From: Bacteroidota bacterium
GTDB taxonomy: Bacteria > Bacteroidota > Rhodothermia > Rhodothermales > Rubricoccaceae
Assembly (NCBI GenBank): GCA_039821555.1
Contig: JBCBNX010000025.1
Span: forward strand, 1 to 50,089
Length of the DNA: 50,089 bases
Direction: 5' to 3'
Shown: in pieces, positions 36,839 through 45,543 of the stretch
Numbering within the stretch: position 1 is the first letter of the stretch
Layout of the letters: each line of letters begins with the position of its first letter
Notes under the pieces: model-generated
Databases searched by the model: none
What the model was told of the DNA's origin: nothing
What the model saw: the letters and a program-made list of their open reading frames with translations, nothing else
Translations under genes and position numbers: made by a program

Positions 36839-39058
36839 TTGCGGCTCGCTGCCGCCCTCCAGTTTCAACGTTTTTCTGGCCCCACCCTCTCTGTCATGGA
36901 AGCATTCTATAACATCGCCGCGGTCGTTGTCGGCTTTGTCGCGCTTATATCCCTTGGGCTAATTGCCCTGGTCGCCAAGTTTTACAAAAAGGTCGAGCAA
37001 GGCCGTGCCCTCGTGCGCACCGGTGTCGGCGGCACGAAGGTCGCCTTCTCGGGGATGTACGTCTTCCCGGTGGTCCACCGCTCCGAGCTGATGGACATCT
37101 CGCTCAAGCGCGTCGAGATCTCGCGCACGGGCAAGAACGGCCTCATCTGCAAGGACAACATGCGCGCCGACATCCAGGTGGCCTTCTTCGTGAAGGTCAA
37201 CAAGGACGAGCAGAGCGTGCAGACCGTCGCCGAGTCCATTGGCACCGTGCGTGCCTCGGACCCGCAGGCGCTCATCGAGCTGTTCGACGCCAAGTTCTCG
37301 GAGGCGCTCAAGACGGTCGGCAAGAACTACGACTTCGTCGACCTCTACAACAGCCGCGAGACGTTCAAGGAGGACATCCTCAACGTGATCGGCACTGACC
37401 TGAGCGGCTACGCGCTCGAAGACGCGGCCATCGACTACCTGGAGCAGACGCCCGTCGAGACGCTCGACCCGGACAACATCCTCGACGCGGAGGGCATCAA
37501 GAAAATCACCGACCTGACGGCGCGGCAGGCCGTGCTCGCCAACGAGATCAACCGCGAGAAGGAGAAGACGCTCAAGAAGCAGGACGTGGAGGCCCGCGAG
37601 GCCATCCTCGAACTGGAACGCCAGCTTGCGGAAAAAGAGGCGAGCCAGCGCCGTGAAGTCGAGACCGTACAGGCGCGCGAGACTGCCGAGACGGAGCGCG
37701 TACGCCAGGAGGAGCGCCTCAAAGCTGAGCGCGCCCGCATCCAGACCGACGAGGAGGTCGAGGTTGCCGAGCAGAACAAGCAGCGGCAGGTGCTCGTCGC
37801 GGAGAAGAACCGCCTGCGCACTGATGCCGTCGAGACGGAGCGCGTGGAGAAGGACCGCCAGCTCGAAGCCACCGAGCGCGAGCGCGTGGTCGAGCTCGCC
37901 CGCATCGAGAAGGAGAAGGCGCTCGAAGAGGAGCGCAAGACGATCCAGACCGTGATCCGCGAGCGCGTGATGGTCGAGAAGTCGGTCGTCGAGGAGGAGG
38001 AAAAGATCAAGGACACCCGCGCCACCGCCGAGGCCGAGCGCACGAAGTCGGTCGCGCTGACGTATGCCGAGCAGCTCGCCGAAGAGGCGAAGGTGCAGGA
38101 GACGAAAGCCGCCGAGGCGAAGCGCCTCGCCGCCGTCGAGGCCGCGCAGCAGCGCGTCGTCGAGGCCGAGGCTGAGCAGGAGGCCGCCGAGAAGGAGGCC
38201 GCCGCTATGAAGACGCTCGCCGCCGCGCGCGCCGAGGAGGAAGCCACCGTGGGCCTCTCGGAGGTCCGCGTGATGGAGGCCCGCGCCGCCGCCGTCCGCG
38301 AGGAGGGCACCGCCGAGGCCGACGTGCTCAAGCTGAAAGCCAGCGCCGAGGCGGAGGCCATCCAGGCCAAAGCGCTCGCCGAGGCCGAGGGCAAGAAGGC
38401 CCTCGCCGATGCTACGGAGGCGCAGGGCTCCGCCGAAGCGGAGGTCATGAGCCGGAAGTACGCCGCCGAAGCCGACGGCATCCGCCAGAAGGCCGAGTCG
38501 ATGAAGGTGCTCGACGGCGTCGGCAAGGAGCACGAGGAGTTCAAGCTCCGCCTGGAGAAGGACAAGGAGGTCGAGCTGGCGCAGATCGCCGTCCAGAAGG
38601 ACATCGCGCTGGCGCAGGCCGAGGTGCTCCGCGCCGGCCTCGAAGCGGCCAACATCGACATCGTCGGTGGGGAGTCGATGTTCTTCGAGAAGATCGTCGG
38701 GGCGATCACGCAAGGCCGGTCGGTGGACCGCCTCGTGGACGGCTCGGACGTGCTCAGCGAGGTCAAGGAGGCGTTCCTCTACGGCGAGGGCGCGCTCGGC
38801 GGCGGTGCGCTCGGCGACGGCGCCGACGGCGGTGTCCCGATGCTGGGCGACGGGCTCATCGCCCGCGTGCGCGGCCTCGTGGCGCAGACTGGCCTGGGCA
38901 CGGACGACGTGAAGAACCTCACGCTCTCGGCGCTACTCGTGAAGCTGATGGCGCAGACCGAGGACGCCGCCGACGCGACGGCGCTAGAGCAGATGCTCCG
39001 CACCGTGCGCCAGCTCGGTCTCGGCGACCAGAAGGCCAGCACGCTCGGGCTGAAGTAG
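36839..39058 (+). CDS. flotillin-like SPFH/band-7 protein with a very long coiled-coil region (YqiK/FloT-like)
   Basis: N-terminal TM anchor plus SPFH domain (ALVRTGVGGTKVAFSGMYVFPVVHRSELMDISLKRVEISRTGKNGLICKDNMRADIQVAFFVKV). About 400 aa of E/A/R/K-rich heptad-like coiled coil follows. 739 aa. Confidence 0.85.
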   Translation: MRLAAALQFQRFSGPTLSVMEAFYNIAAVVVGFVALISLGLIALVAKFYKKVEQGRALVRTGVGGTKVAFSGMYVFPVVHRSELMDISLKRVEISRTGKNGLICKDNMRADIQVAFFVKVNKDEQSVQTVAESIGTVRASDPQALIELFDAKFSEALKTVGKNYDFVDLYNSRETFKEDILNVIGTDLSGYALEDAAIDYLEQTPVETLDPDNILDAEGIKKITDLTARQAVLANEINREKEKTLKKQDVEAREAILELERQLAEKEASQRREVETVQARETAETERVRQEERLKAERARIQTDEEVEVAEQNKQRQVLVAEKNRLRTDAVETERVEKDRQLEATERERVVELARIEKEKALEEERKTIQTVIRERVMVEKSVVEEEEKIKDTRATAEAERTKSVALTYAEQLAEEAKVQETKAAEAKRLAAVEAAQQRVVEAEAEQEAAEKEAAAMKTLAAARAEEEATVGLSEVRVMEARAAAVREEGTAEADVLKLKASAEAEAIQAKALAEAEGKKALADATEAQGSAEAEVMSRKYAAEADGIRQKAESMKVLDGVGKEHEEFKLRLEKDKEVELAQIAVQKDIALAQAEVLRAGLEAANIDIVGGESMFFEKIVGAITQGRSVDRLVDGSDVLSEVKEAFLYGEGALGGGALGDGADGGVPMLGDGLIARVRGLVAQTGLGTDDVKNLTLSALLVKLMAQTEDAADATALEQMLRTVRQLGLGDQKASTLGLK

Positions 39059-39120
39059 CCGCCGAGCCGCAGCGTGCTCGGACGGCTCCCCCCGCTTGAC
39101 GCGCCTCGACGGCGGTCAAG

Positions 39121-39148
39121 CTGTCCCCCTCACCCGTGAGGGGGACAG
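39121..39148 (+). terminator. perfect 12-bp GC-rich hairpin between the flotillin gene and the giant ATPase gene (candidate attenuator or partial terminator)
   Basis: CTGTCCCCCTCA-CCCG-TGAGGGGGACAG. The downstream U-tract is weak (TTCGAAG). Confidence 0.3.
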
Positions 39149-39285
39149 TTCGAAGAGCGAAGCGTCGTCAGACGCGGAGGCGATGAGAACGGGGGGAGCC
39201 GAGCAGCGCTGGGTGCTCGAACTAGTCCAGAGCGTCTTGCTGCCGCCAGCCTTAGCCCATCTCCAACACTCCGTCCCATCCCCGT

Positions 39286-42200
39286 ATGGAACCGGCTCGC
39301 CCCTCCGCTCCCGACCTCGCGCCCGTCGCTGGCAACGACGTGCCGCCCAGCGGCGCGTCCGGCGACGGCGCCCCGGCTGGCACTGCGCCGAACGCGACGC
39401 CTGCGCTCGAAGGCGGCACGTACGAGTTGCTCCGCGACCGCCTCGCACAGCACGCCCGTACGCTCCAGACGCGCCTCCAGACGCTCGACGAGGCCCGCCG
39501 CGCCGTCTTCGGCAGCACCGACCTCGCGCTGATCGGCACGGCCGCGATCGCCACGCACCACAACGCCGTCGTGCGCGACCTCGTGGAGGTGCCCGGCCCC
39601 GACGGCCCGCGCCTGCTCGTCGGCTGCCACGTGCACCTCGGTCTGAAAACCGAGACGACGCTCGACGACGTGTTCGCGGCGTATGCCTTCGACGGCGACA
39701 CGGCGACCTACCGCGAGGCCCCGCTCGACGTGCTCGCCGACGAGCGCTTCGCGGAGGACTTCGCCAACCTCCATCGCTACTACAAGCAGGCGCGCTTTGC
39801 CCGCTTCGCCGAGCGCGGGCCGCACCTCTTCATGGTCTTCCAAGTCGGACAGCGCGCGGACGACATCAAGGTCTTCAAGTGGCTGCGCGGCGACGACGGG
39901 CTGCAGTACCTCGACAACCGCTCCGAGCACACCTTCGTCTACCCGACGCAGCAGGCCTTCCGCTGGCAGCGCACCACGCGCGACATGCACCGCGACGGCG
40001 CGCACCCGCACGTCTCCATCGAGGACCGCGTCTTCGTGGAGGCCGTCGGCGGCGACCTCACGGTGAAGGTGGAGGACAACACCGACAGCGGCCTCGGCGT
40101 CTACGCGGAGCCCGTCGACCACGCCGACCAAACACTCGACGACGCGGAGGTGCACTACGCCACCGCGGGGCCGCTTATCCTGATGCGCATTCGGCCCTAC
40201 CAGGAGGAGACGACGCGGCAGCTACTCTTCAACGAGAAGACGCAGGCCGTTCATCGCCTCGACGCGCTCGCACACGCGACGGTAGCGCTGCCCGAAGACC
40301 ACGGCATCGTCTACCCCGACGGCTTCGCGCTCGCAGCGGGCGGCGTCAAGCGCTTCGACGGCGTCCCGGCCGCCACCCGCTTCGAGCGGCAGATCGCCGC
40401 GCCCAACGGCGAGGACTTCCTCTTCGTTTTCCACGACGTCCAGACGGGCGAGTACGTCCTGCTGTCGTACAACCTCATCACGCAGGAGGTCGCCACGCCG
40501 GTCCGCTGCGGCGGCTACGCGCTGCGCCCCGACGGCGAACTCGTCTACGTGCGCCCCGAGCCCGAGCCGAGCAAGCACCACACGCTCCAGCGCTGGCGCT
40601 CGCCCTACCGCAGCCGCAACGGCGCCCCTCTTGCTGGCGAGGCACCCAGACAACAGGACGCGTACCTCTTCAAGGTGGGCAACAAGGACATCGTCCGCGC
40701 GCTCAGCGAGGGCTACGCGATCCTCAACCTCCTCGGCCGCGACGACGGCTACGTGGGCCTCTACGCCGACCTCGTCAAGGAGACGACGGGTCTGCTCGAC
40801 GCGACGTTCTGGCTCGACCACGAGGAGGCGGGCAACGTGGCCGAGGTGCTGCGCGGCATTCGCGAGACGGCGCAGCGAGCCCTCGCCGAGTTCGACAAGG
40901 TGCGCCGCCTCCGCCAGACGGCTCGGGAGCGCACGCAGGCCGCTGCGGCCGAGACGCAAGCGCTCCTCCAAACCGTCGAGCGGCGGACGTTCGAGTCAGT
41001 AGAGCAGTTTGTCGATGCGCTCGCAGAATTAAGAGCGGTGCGCGGGCGGCTGATCGCCCTGCGCGAGGTGCGCTACGCCGACGTGGCGCTCGCCGAGGCG
41101 CTCGAAACCGAGGCCGCCGAGGCGTCGGAGCGGCTGGCCCGCCGCATGGTCGAGTTCCTCCTCCGCGACGACGCCCTCGCGCCGTACGAGGCGCAGGTCG
41201 CCGAGGCCGCCGCGGCCATCGACGCGCTCGACACCGTCGCTGAGGCGCGCGGTGTGGCTGAGCGGTTCGACACCGCCGCCAGCGCGCTCGACCTGCTCAT
41301 CGAAACCGTCTCGAACCTCCAGATCGACGACGCGACGCAGACGACGCGCATCATCGACGCGGTCTCCGGGCTCTACGCGACGCTCAACGCCGAGCGCGCC
41401 CGCCTGAAGCGCCGCCGCGACCAGCTTGCCGAGACCGAGGGCGCGGCCGAGTTCGCCGCGCAGCTCAAGCTCCTCGAACAGGCCGTCACGAGCTACCTCG
41501 ACGTGGCCGAGACGCCCGAGGCGTGCGAGCAATACCTCACCCGCGCGATGGTGCAGGTGTCGGAATTGGAGAGCCGCTTCGCCGAGGCCGACCGCTTCAT
41601 CGAAGTGCTGTCCGAGCGCCGCGAGGAGGTCTACGCCGCGTTCGAGCAGAAGCGGCTCGCGCTCGTGGAGGCGCGCAGCCAGCGCACCGCCGCGCTCGAA
41701 CGCGCCGCCGAGCGCATCCTCGACGGCGTCCGCAGCCGCCTCGACCGCTTCGACACGGTCGAGGAGATCAACGGCTACCTCGCCGCCGACCTCATGGTGG
41801 CGAAGGTCCGCGACACCGTAGCCCAGCTCCGCGACCTCGGCGACGCGACCAAGGCCGACGGCCTCCAGACGGCGCTCAAGGCCGCACGCGAGCAAGCGAT
41901 CCGCCAGCTCAAGGACCGGAAAGAGCTGTTCGTCGACGGCCAGCCGATCCTGCGCCTCGGCACGCACCGCTTCGCCGTCAACACGCAGCCGCTCGACCTC
42001 ACAACGGTCCTCCGCGACGAGCGCCTCCACCTGCACCTCACTGGCACCGGCTTCTTCGAGCCGCTCGACGACCCCGCCATTGAGGCCGCGCGTTACCTCT
42101 GGACGCAGGAAGTCGTCTCCGAGACGGACGACGTCTACCGCGCGGAGTACCTCGCCTACCTCGTCTACCAGGCATCGCTCGTCGGGCAGTCGGAGATCCC

Positions 42201-44430
42201 GCCGCCCACGGCGCTACTCGCTGAGCCAGAGGACGACGAAGCACCTGATGCCGTGCTCGCCTCTGTACAGCGGTTCATGGCTCCGCGCTACGGCGAGGGC
42301 TACGTCAAGGGTGTGCACGACCACGACGCCGCGACGATCCTCCGCGCGCTGCTACGCCTCCACGCCGATGCCGGGCTGCTGCGCTATGGCCCCGCCGCCC
42401 GTGCTTGCGCGCTCGTCTGGTGGCACTGCTTCGCCGACGACGCGACGCGGACCCGCTTCGAGGCGCGGCTGCGCGGCCTCGGCACCGTCCAGCGGCTGTT
42501 TTCGAATGGCGAACACGATCTCGATGCCGCCACCGCCGCTCTCGCCATACCGCTCGTGGCGTTCGTCAACGACACCGGACTGTTCGAGGTCAGCATCGCG
42601 GAGCAAGCTGCGGCCTACCTCGCCCGCGAACTCGCGCAGGACGACCCGACCCGCTTCGTCGCCAGCCCCGAGGCTGTGACGTTGCTCGACGGCTTCGCCA
42701 AGGCGCTCGCCAAGCCAAAGGCAACGAAGGCGTTTGGCGACGCACTCGACCGTCTTATTGATGATCCTGCCGGCCAGGTCGCGCTCCTCCGCGATGCCCT
42801 TTCCACCTTTGCGAACCAGCAACACACGGCCTCAACGTTGAAAAGGAGTTCCCCTCCTGGACAGAGTCTTGCCCCCGCGCAGGCGGGGGAGGGGACAGGG
42901 GTGGTGGATCGAGCCGGGCATAAACCCGACAGGACTGACTCCGACCTCGTCGACGAAGCCGCCGCGATTCGCCTGGCCGATCTCCGCGAGAACGTGGATG
43001 TAGGCGCGACCGAGACGCGTGTCGAGTTGGCCGACCTGCGCGGGAGCCATGCGCGCGTGGACGATGGCACGTACCGCCTCGACTTCGCGGCCTTCCTCGA
43101 CCGGCTCGGCGCGTTCGCCAGGGAGCGCGTGCCCGCGTTCGCTGCGTTTGCCGCGCGCAAGCATGAGCGCATCCAGGCGCGGAAGGCCGAACTGCGCCTC
43201 GACGAACTCAAGCCGCGCGTCTTCTCGGGCTTCGTCCGCAACCGCCTCATCGACCGCGTCTTCCTCCCGCTCATCGGCGACAACCTCGCCAAGCAGCTCG
43301 GCACGGCGGGCGATACGACGCGCACGGACCGGCAAGGTCTGCTGCTGCTGATCTCGCCGCCGGGCTACGGCAAGACGACGCTCATGGAGTACCTCGCCGA
43401 CCGGCTGGGGCTCACGTTCGTCAAGATCAACGGCCCGGCCATCGGCCACGACGTGACGGCGCTCGACCCGGAGTCTGCACCCAACGCCGCCGCGCGCGAG
43501 GAGCTCGTCAAGCTCAACCTCGCCTTTGAGATTGGCGACAACCTGATGCTGTACGTCGACGACATCCAGCACTGCCACCCGGAGTTCTTGCAGAAGTTCA
43601 TCGCGCTCTGCGACGCCCAGCGGCGCGTCGAGGGCGTGTGGCGCGGGCAGCCGCGCACCTACGACCTGCGCGGCAAGAAGGTGGCCGTGGTGATGGCGGG
43701 CAACCCCTACACCGAGAGCGGCGCCCGCTTCCGCGTCCCGGATATGCTCGCCAACCGCGCCGACACCTATAACCTCGGCGACGTGATCGGCGAGACGGCG
43801 GACGCCTTCGCCAGCTCCTACCTCGAAAACGCGATGGGCGCCAACCCCGTCCTCGACGCCGTGGCGAGCCGCGCGCCCGACGACCTCCACGCGCTCGTCC
43901 AGGCTGCCGAGACCGACCGCCGCGACGGACTCGACCTCCAGGGCAACTATGCCCCCGACGAACTCGACGAGATCCTCGCCGTGCTGCGCCACCTGATCGC
44001 GCTGCGCGACGTGGTGCTGGGCGTCAACCAGGAGTACATCGCCAGCGCCGCGCAGAACGATGCCTACCGTACGCGCCCACCGTTCCTGCTCCAGGGCTCC
44101 TACCGCAACATGAACCGGCTCGCCGAGAAGGTCCTGCCCGCCATGACCGACGCCGAGCGCGACACGCTCGTGCGCAGCCACTACGAGCAGGAGGCGCAGC
44201 TTCTCACGAGCGGGGCCGAAGCCAACCTGCTGCGGCTCAAGGAACTGATGGGCTGGCTCACGCCCGACGAGGCCGCCCGCTGGGCCGAGATGCAGGCGAC
44301 GTTCCAGAAGAACCAGGCGTTCGCGGGCCTCGCCGACGGCGACCAAGTGGCGCAGGTGCTCGCGCAGCTTGCCGCCCTCACCGACGGCCTCGCCGCCATC
44401 CGCGATGTGCTGGCGCGCGGTGACGACTAG
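39286..44430 (+). CDS. giant (1714 aa) multidomain protein with a C-terminal MoxR/AAA_5-like AAA+ ATPase domain; function unknown
   Basis: Continuous ORF; ATG at 39286. Near residues 1340-1500: Walker A LLLISPPGYGKTTLMEYLADRLG, Walker B LMLYVDDIQHCHPEFLQKFIALCDAQRRV (MoxR-like DEINRA...-type), then VAVVMAGNPYTES. The central ~800 aa are strongly alpha-helical and A/L/E/R-rich. The N-terminal ~450 aa are of unknown fold. Confidence 0.8.
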   Translation: MEPARPSAPDLAPVAGNDVPPSGASGDGAPAGTAPNATPALEGGTYELLRDRLAQHARTLQTRLQTLDEARRAVFGSTDLALIGTAAIATHHNAVVRDLVEVPGPDGPRLLVGCHVHLGLKTETTLDDVFAAYAFDGDTATYREAPLDVLADERFAEDFANLHRYYKQARFARFAERGPHLFMVFQVGQRADDIKVFKWLRGDDGLQYLDNRSEHTFVYPTQQAFRWQRTTRDMHRDGAHPHVSIEDRVFVEAVGGDLTVKVEDNTDSGLGVYAEPVDHADQTLDDAEVHYATAGPLILMRIRPYQEETTRQLLFNEKTQAVHRLDALAHATVALPEDHGIVYPDGFALAAGGVKRFDGVPAATRFERQIAAPNGEDFLFVFHDVQTGEYVLLSYNLITQEVATPVRCGGYALRPDGELVYVRPEPEPSKHHTLQRWRSPYRSRNGAPLAGEAPRQQDAYLFKVGNKDIVRALSEGYAILNLLGRDDGYVGLYADLVKETTGLLDATFWLDHEEAGNVAEVLRGIRETAQRALAEFDKVRRLRQTARERTQAAAAETQALLQTVERRTFESVEQFVDALAELRAVRGRLIALREVRYADVALAEALETEAAEASERLARRMVEFLLRDDALAPYEAQVAEAAAAIDALDTVAEARGVAERFDTAASALDLLIETVSNLQIDDATQTTRIIDAVSGLYATLNAERARLKRRRDQLAETEGAAEFAAQLKLLEQAVTSYLDVAETPEACEQYLTRAMVQVSELESRFAEADRFIEVLSERREEVYAAFEQKRLALVEARSQRTAALERAAERILDGVRSRLDRFDTVEEINGYLAADLMVAKVRDTVAQLRDLGDATKADGLQTALKAAREQAIRQLKDRKELFVDGQPILRLGTHRFAVNTQPLDLTTVLRDERLHLHLTGTGFFEPLDDPAIEAARYLWTQEVVSETDDVYRAEYLAYLVYQASLVGQSEIPPPTALLAEPEDDEAPDAVLASVQRFMAPRYGEGYVKGVHDHDAATILRALLRLHADAGLLRYGPAARACALVWWHCFADDATRTRFEARLRGLGTVQRLFSNGEHDLDAATAALAIPLVAFVNDTGLFEVSIAEQAAAYLARELAQDDPTRFVASPEAVTLLDGFAKALAKPKATKAFGDALDRLIDDPAGQVALLRDALSTFANQQHTASTLKRSSPPGQSLAPAQAGEGTGVVDRAGHKPDRTDSDLVDEAAAIRLADLRENVDVGATETRVELADLRGSHARVDDGTYRLDFAAFLDRLGAFARERVPAFAAFAARKHERIQARKAELRLDELKPRVFSGFVRNRLIDRVFLPLIGDNLAKQLGTAGDTTRTDRQGLLLLISPPGYGKTTLMEYLADRLGLTFVKINGPAIGHDVTALDPESAPNAAAREELVKLNLAFEIGDNLMLYVDDIQHCHPEFLQKFIALCDAQRRVEGVWRGQPRTYDLRGKKVAVVMAGNPYTESGARFRVPDMLANRADTYNLGDVIGETADAFASSYLENAMGANPVLDAVASRAPDDLHALVQAAETDRRDGLDLQGNYAPDELDEILAVLRHLIALRDVVLGVNQEYIASAAQNDAYRTRPPFLLQGSYRNMNRLAEKVLPAMTDAERDTLVRSHYEQEAQLLTSGAEANLLRLKELMGWLTPDEAARWAEMQATFQKNQAFAGLADGDQVAQVLAQLAALTDGLAAIRDVLARGDD

Positions 44431-44437
44431 CGCACTC

Positions 44438-44929
44438 ATGGCGAAGACGCTTAACCAGATTGAAGGGCGCGGGCCTCAGCCTATGCCACCCGAGGTGAAG
44501 GGCCTGATAGCCAACGCTGAGCGGCTGATGGGCACACCTATCGATCAGTTTAGCGTGGGCGACCTGCGGCTCATGATCGGGCAGAACATGGGCACAGAAC
44601 ACCTGATGCCCAGAGCGCTCGGTGTGCTCGAATTGAATCCCCTCGTGTGCGGGACGTTCTTCCCTGGCGATCTGCTGAAGGCAACGTTCCGGCTCCCAGC
44701 AGTGTACTGGACGCAGCATCCGGCGCACCATGAGCGTGCGCTCGCCATCGCCCGCCAAGCACTAGACATCCTCGAAGCTCGCTGCGCCCGCTCGAAAGCG
44801 CGCTTCTATAAGCGGTACGGTACGCACCTCAACGAAGAGGAATGTTTGGATATCGACGAGCGTGACGTTAAGCAGTGGTGTCTGGATTTTCTCGCGAGCT
44901 ACGATGGGAGCGGCGTGGCAACCCGCTGA
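44438..44929 (+). CDS. small conserved-looking hypothetical protein, translationally coupled to the giant ATPase gene
   Basis: ATG at 44438, 8 nt after the TAG of the giant gene. 163 aa, MAKTLNQIEGRGPQPMPPEVKGLIANAERLMGTPIDQFSVGDLRLMIGQNMGTEHLMPRALGVLELNPLVCGTFFPGDLLKATF... I recognise no family. Confidence 0.6.
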   Translation: MAKTLNQIEGRGPQPMPPEVKGLIANAERLMGTPIDQFSVGDLRLMIGQNMGTEHLMPRALGVLELNPLVCGTFFPGDLLKATFRLPAVYWTQHPAHHERALAIARQALDILEARCARSKARFYKRYGTHLNEEECLDIDERDVKQWCLDFLASYDGSGVATR

Positions 44930-44951
44930 CCGCTCTTGCGTTTAGGCGAGC
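44930..44951. repeat. direct repeat, copy 1 (GCTCTTGCGTTTAGGCGAGC), left flank of the hicBA cassette
   Basis: Exact 20-nt match to 45504-45523. The extended imperfect match is GGCAACC(N8)GCTCTTGCGTTTAGGCGAGC. Confidence 0.75.
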
Positions 44952-44972
44952 ACATTCTAGCCCTACGACTGC

Positions 44973-45203
44973 ATGTCCAGACTCATCAAGATCATCGTCG
45001 AGAAGCACTCAGATGGGTACGTTGCCTACCCAGTTGGGTTGAAGGGCGTCGTCGTGGGACAGGGCGATAGCTATGAGGAGGCGCTTGCGGATGCGCGGAG
45101 TGCGGTGGCGTTCCACATCGAAACGTTCGGGCCGGAGGTGCTCGATAGCGATGACGGTCCCGTCTTGGAGGTGTTCGTAGCTGAAGCGACCGTAGCCGCC
45201 TGA
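44973..45203 (+). CDS. hicB: HicB-family antitoxin
   Basis: 76 aa, MSRLIKIIVEKHSDGYVAYPVGLKGVVVGQGDSYEEALADARSAVAFHIETFG. This is the HicB/UPF0150 RNase-H-like fold pattern. Confidence 0.8.
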   Translation: MSRLIKIIVEKHSDGYVAYPVGLKGVVVGQGDSYEEALADARSAVAFHIETFGPEVLDSDDGPVLEVFVAEATVAA

Positions 45204-45448
45204 TGTCGGAGCGCTTTCCCCGGGATGCCCCGCTGCGTCGCGTACTGGCGTCGCTCGAAGCGCTCGGCTTCCGGATCGTGCGCGAAGGCAACCACATCGC
45301 GATGCTGCATGAGGATGAGGACGGCACCCGGACGCCGCTGACGCTCCCCAACCATCGCACGATCAAAGGTTCTACCTTGCGCGCCATCCTCCGGCAAAGT
45401 GGCATTGGGCGGGACGAGTTTTTGAAGGTCTACCGCCGCGCCAAGTAG
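45203..45448 (+). CDS. hicA: HicA-family mRNA interferase toxin
   Basis: 81 aa, LRRVLASLEALGFRIVREGNHIAMLHEDEDGTRTPLTLPNHRTIKGSTLRAILRQSGI (YcfA/HicA dsRBD-like). The start overlaps the hicB stop (TGATG). Confidence 0.8.
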   Translation: MSERFPRDAPLRRVLASLEALGFRIVREGNHIAMLHEDEDGTRTPLTLPNHRTIKGSTLRAILRQSGIGRDEFLKVYRRAK

Positions 45449-45501
45449 CACGCCTCTGTGCGCCCAGACTGGATAGCACTTTCCACCGGGCAACCGACGG
45501 A

Positions 45502-45523
45502 CGGCTCTTGCGTTTAGGCGAGC
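45502..45523. repeat. direct repeat, copy 2, right flank of the hicBA cassette, about 20 nt upstream of the relA/spoT start
   Basis: GGCTCTTGCGTTTAGGCGAGC; see copy 1. Confidence 0.75.
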
Positions 45524-45543
45524 CCGTTGCACCAGGTCCCGCT

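Noticed and set aside
36959-38766. Two long antisense ORFs (584 aa and 443 aa) inside the flotillin gene
   Set aside because: They are low-complexity (L/G/A/R or S/T/A-rich) translations of the opposite strand of an E/A/K-rich coiled-coil coding region. The sense strand encodes a recognisable SPFH protein.
39096-41243. 715-aa Arg/Pro/Ala-rich ORF on the + strand overlapping the start of the giant gene
   Set aside because: It is an alternate frame of the 39286-44430 gene. The composition (poly-R/P/A) is the usual out-of-frame artifact in about 70% GC DNA, and the in-frame gene has clear motifs.
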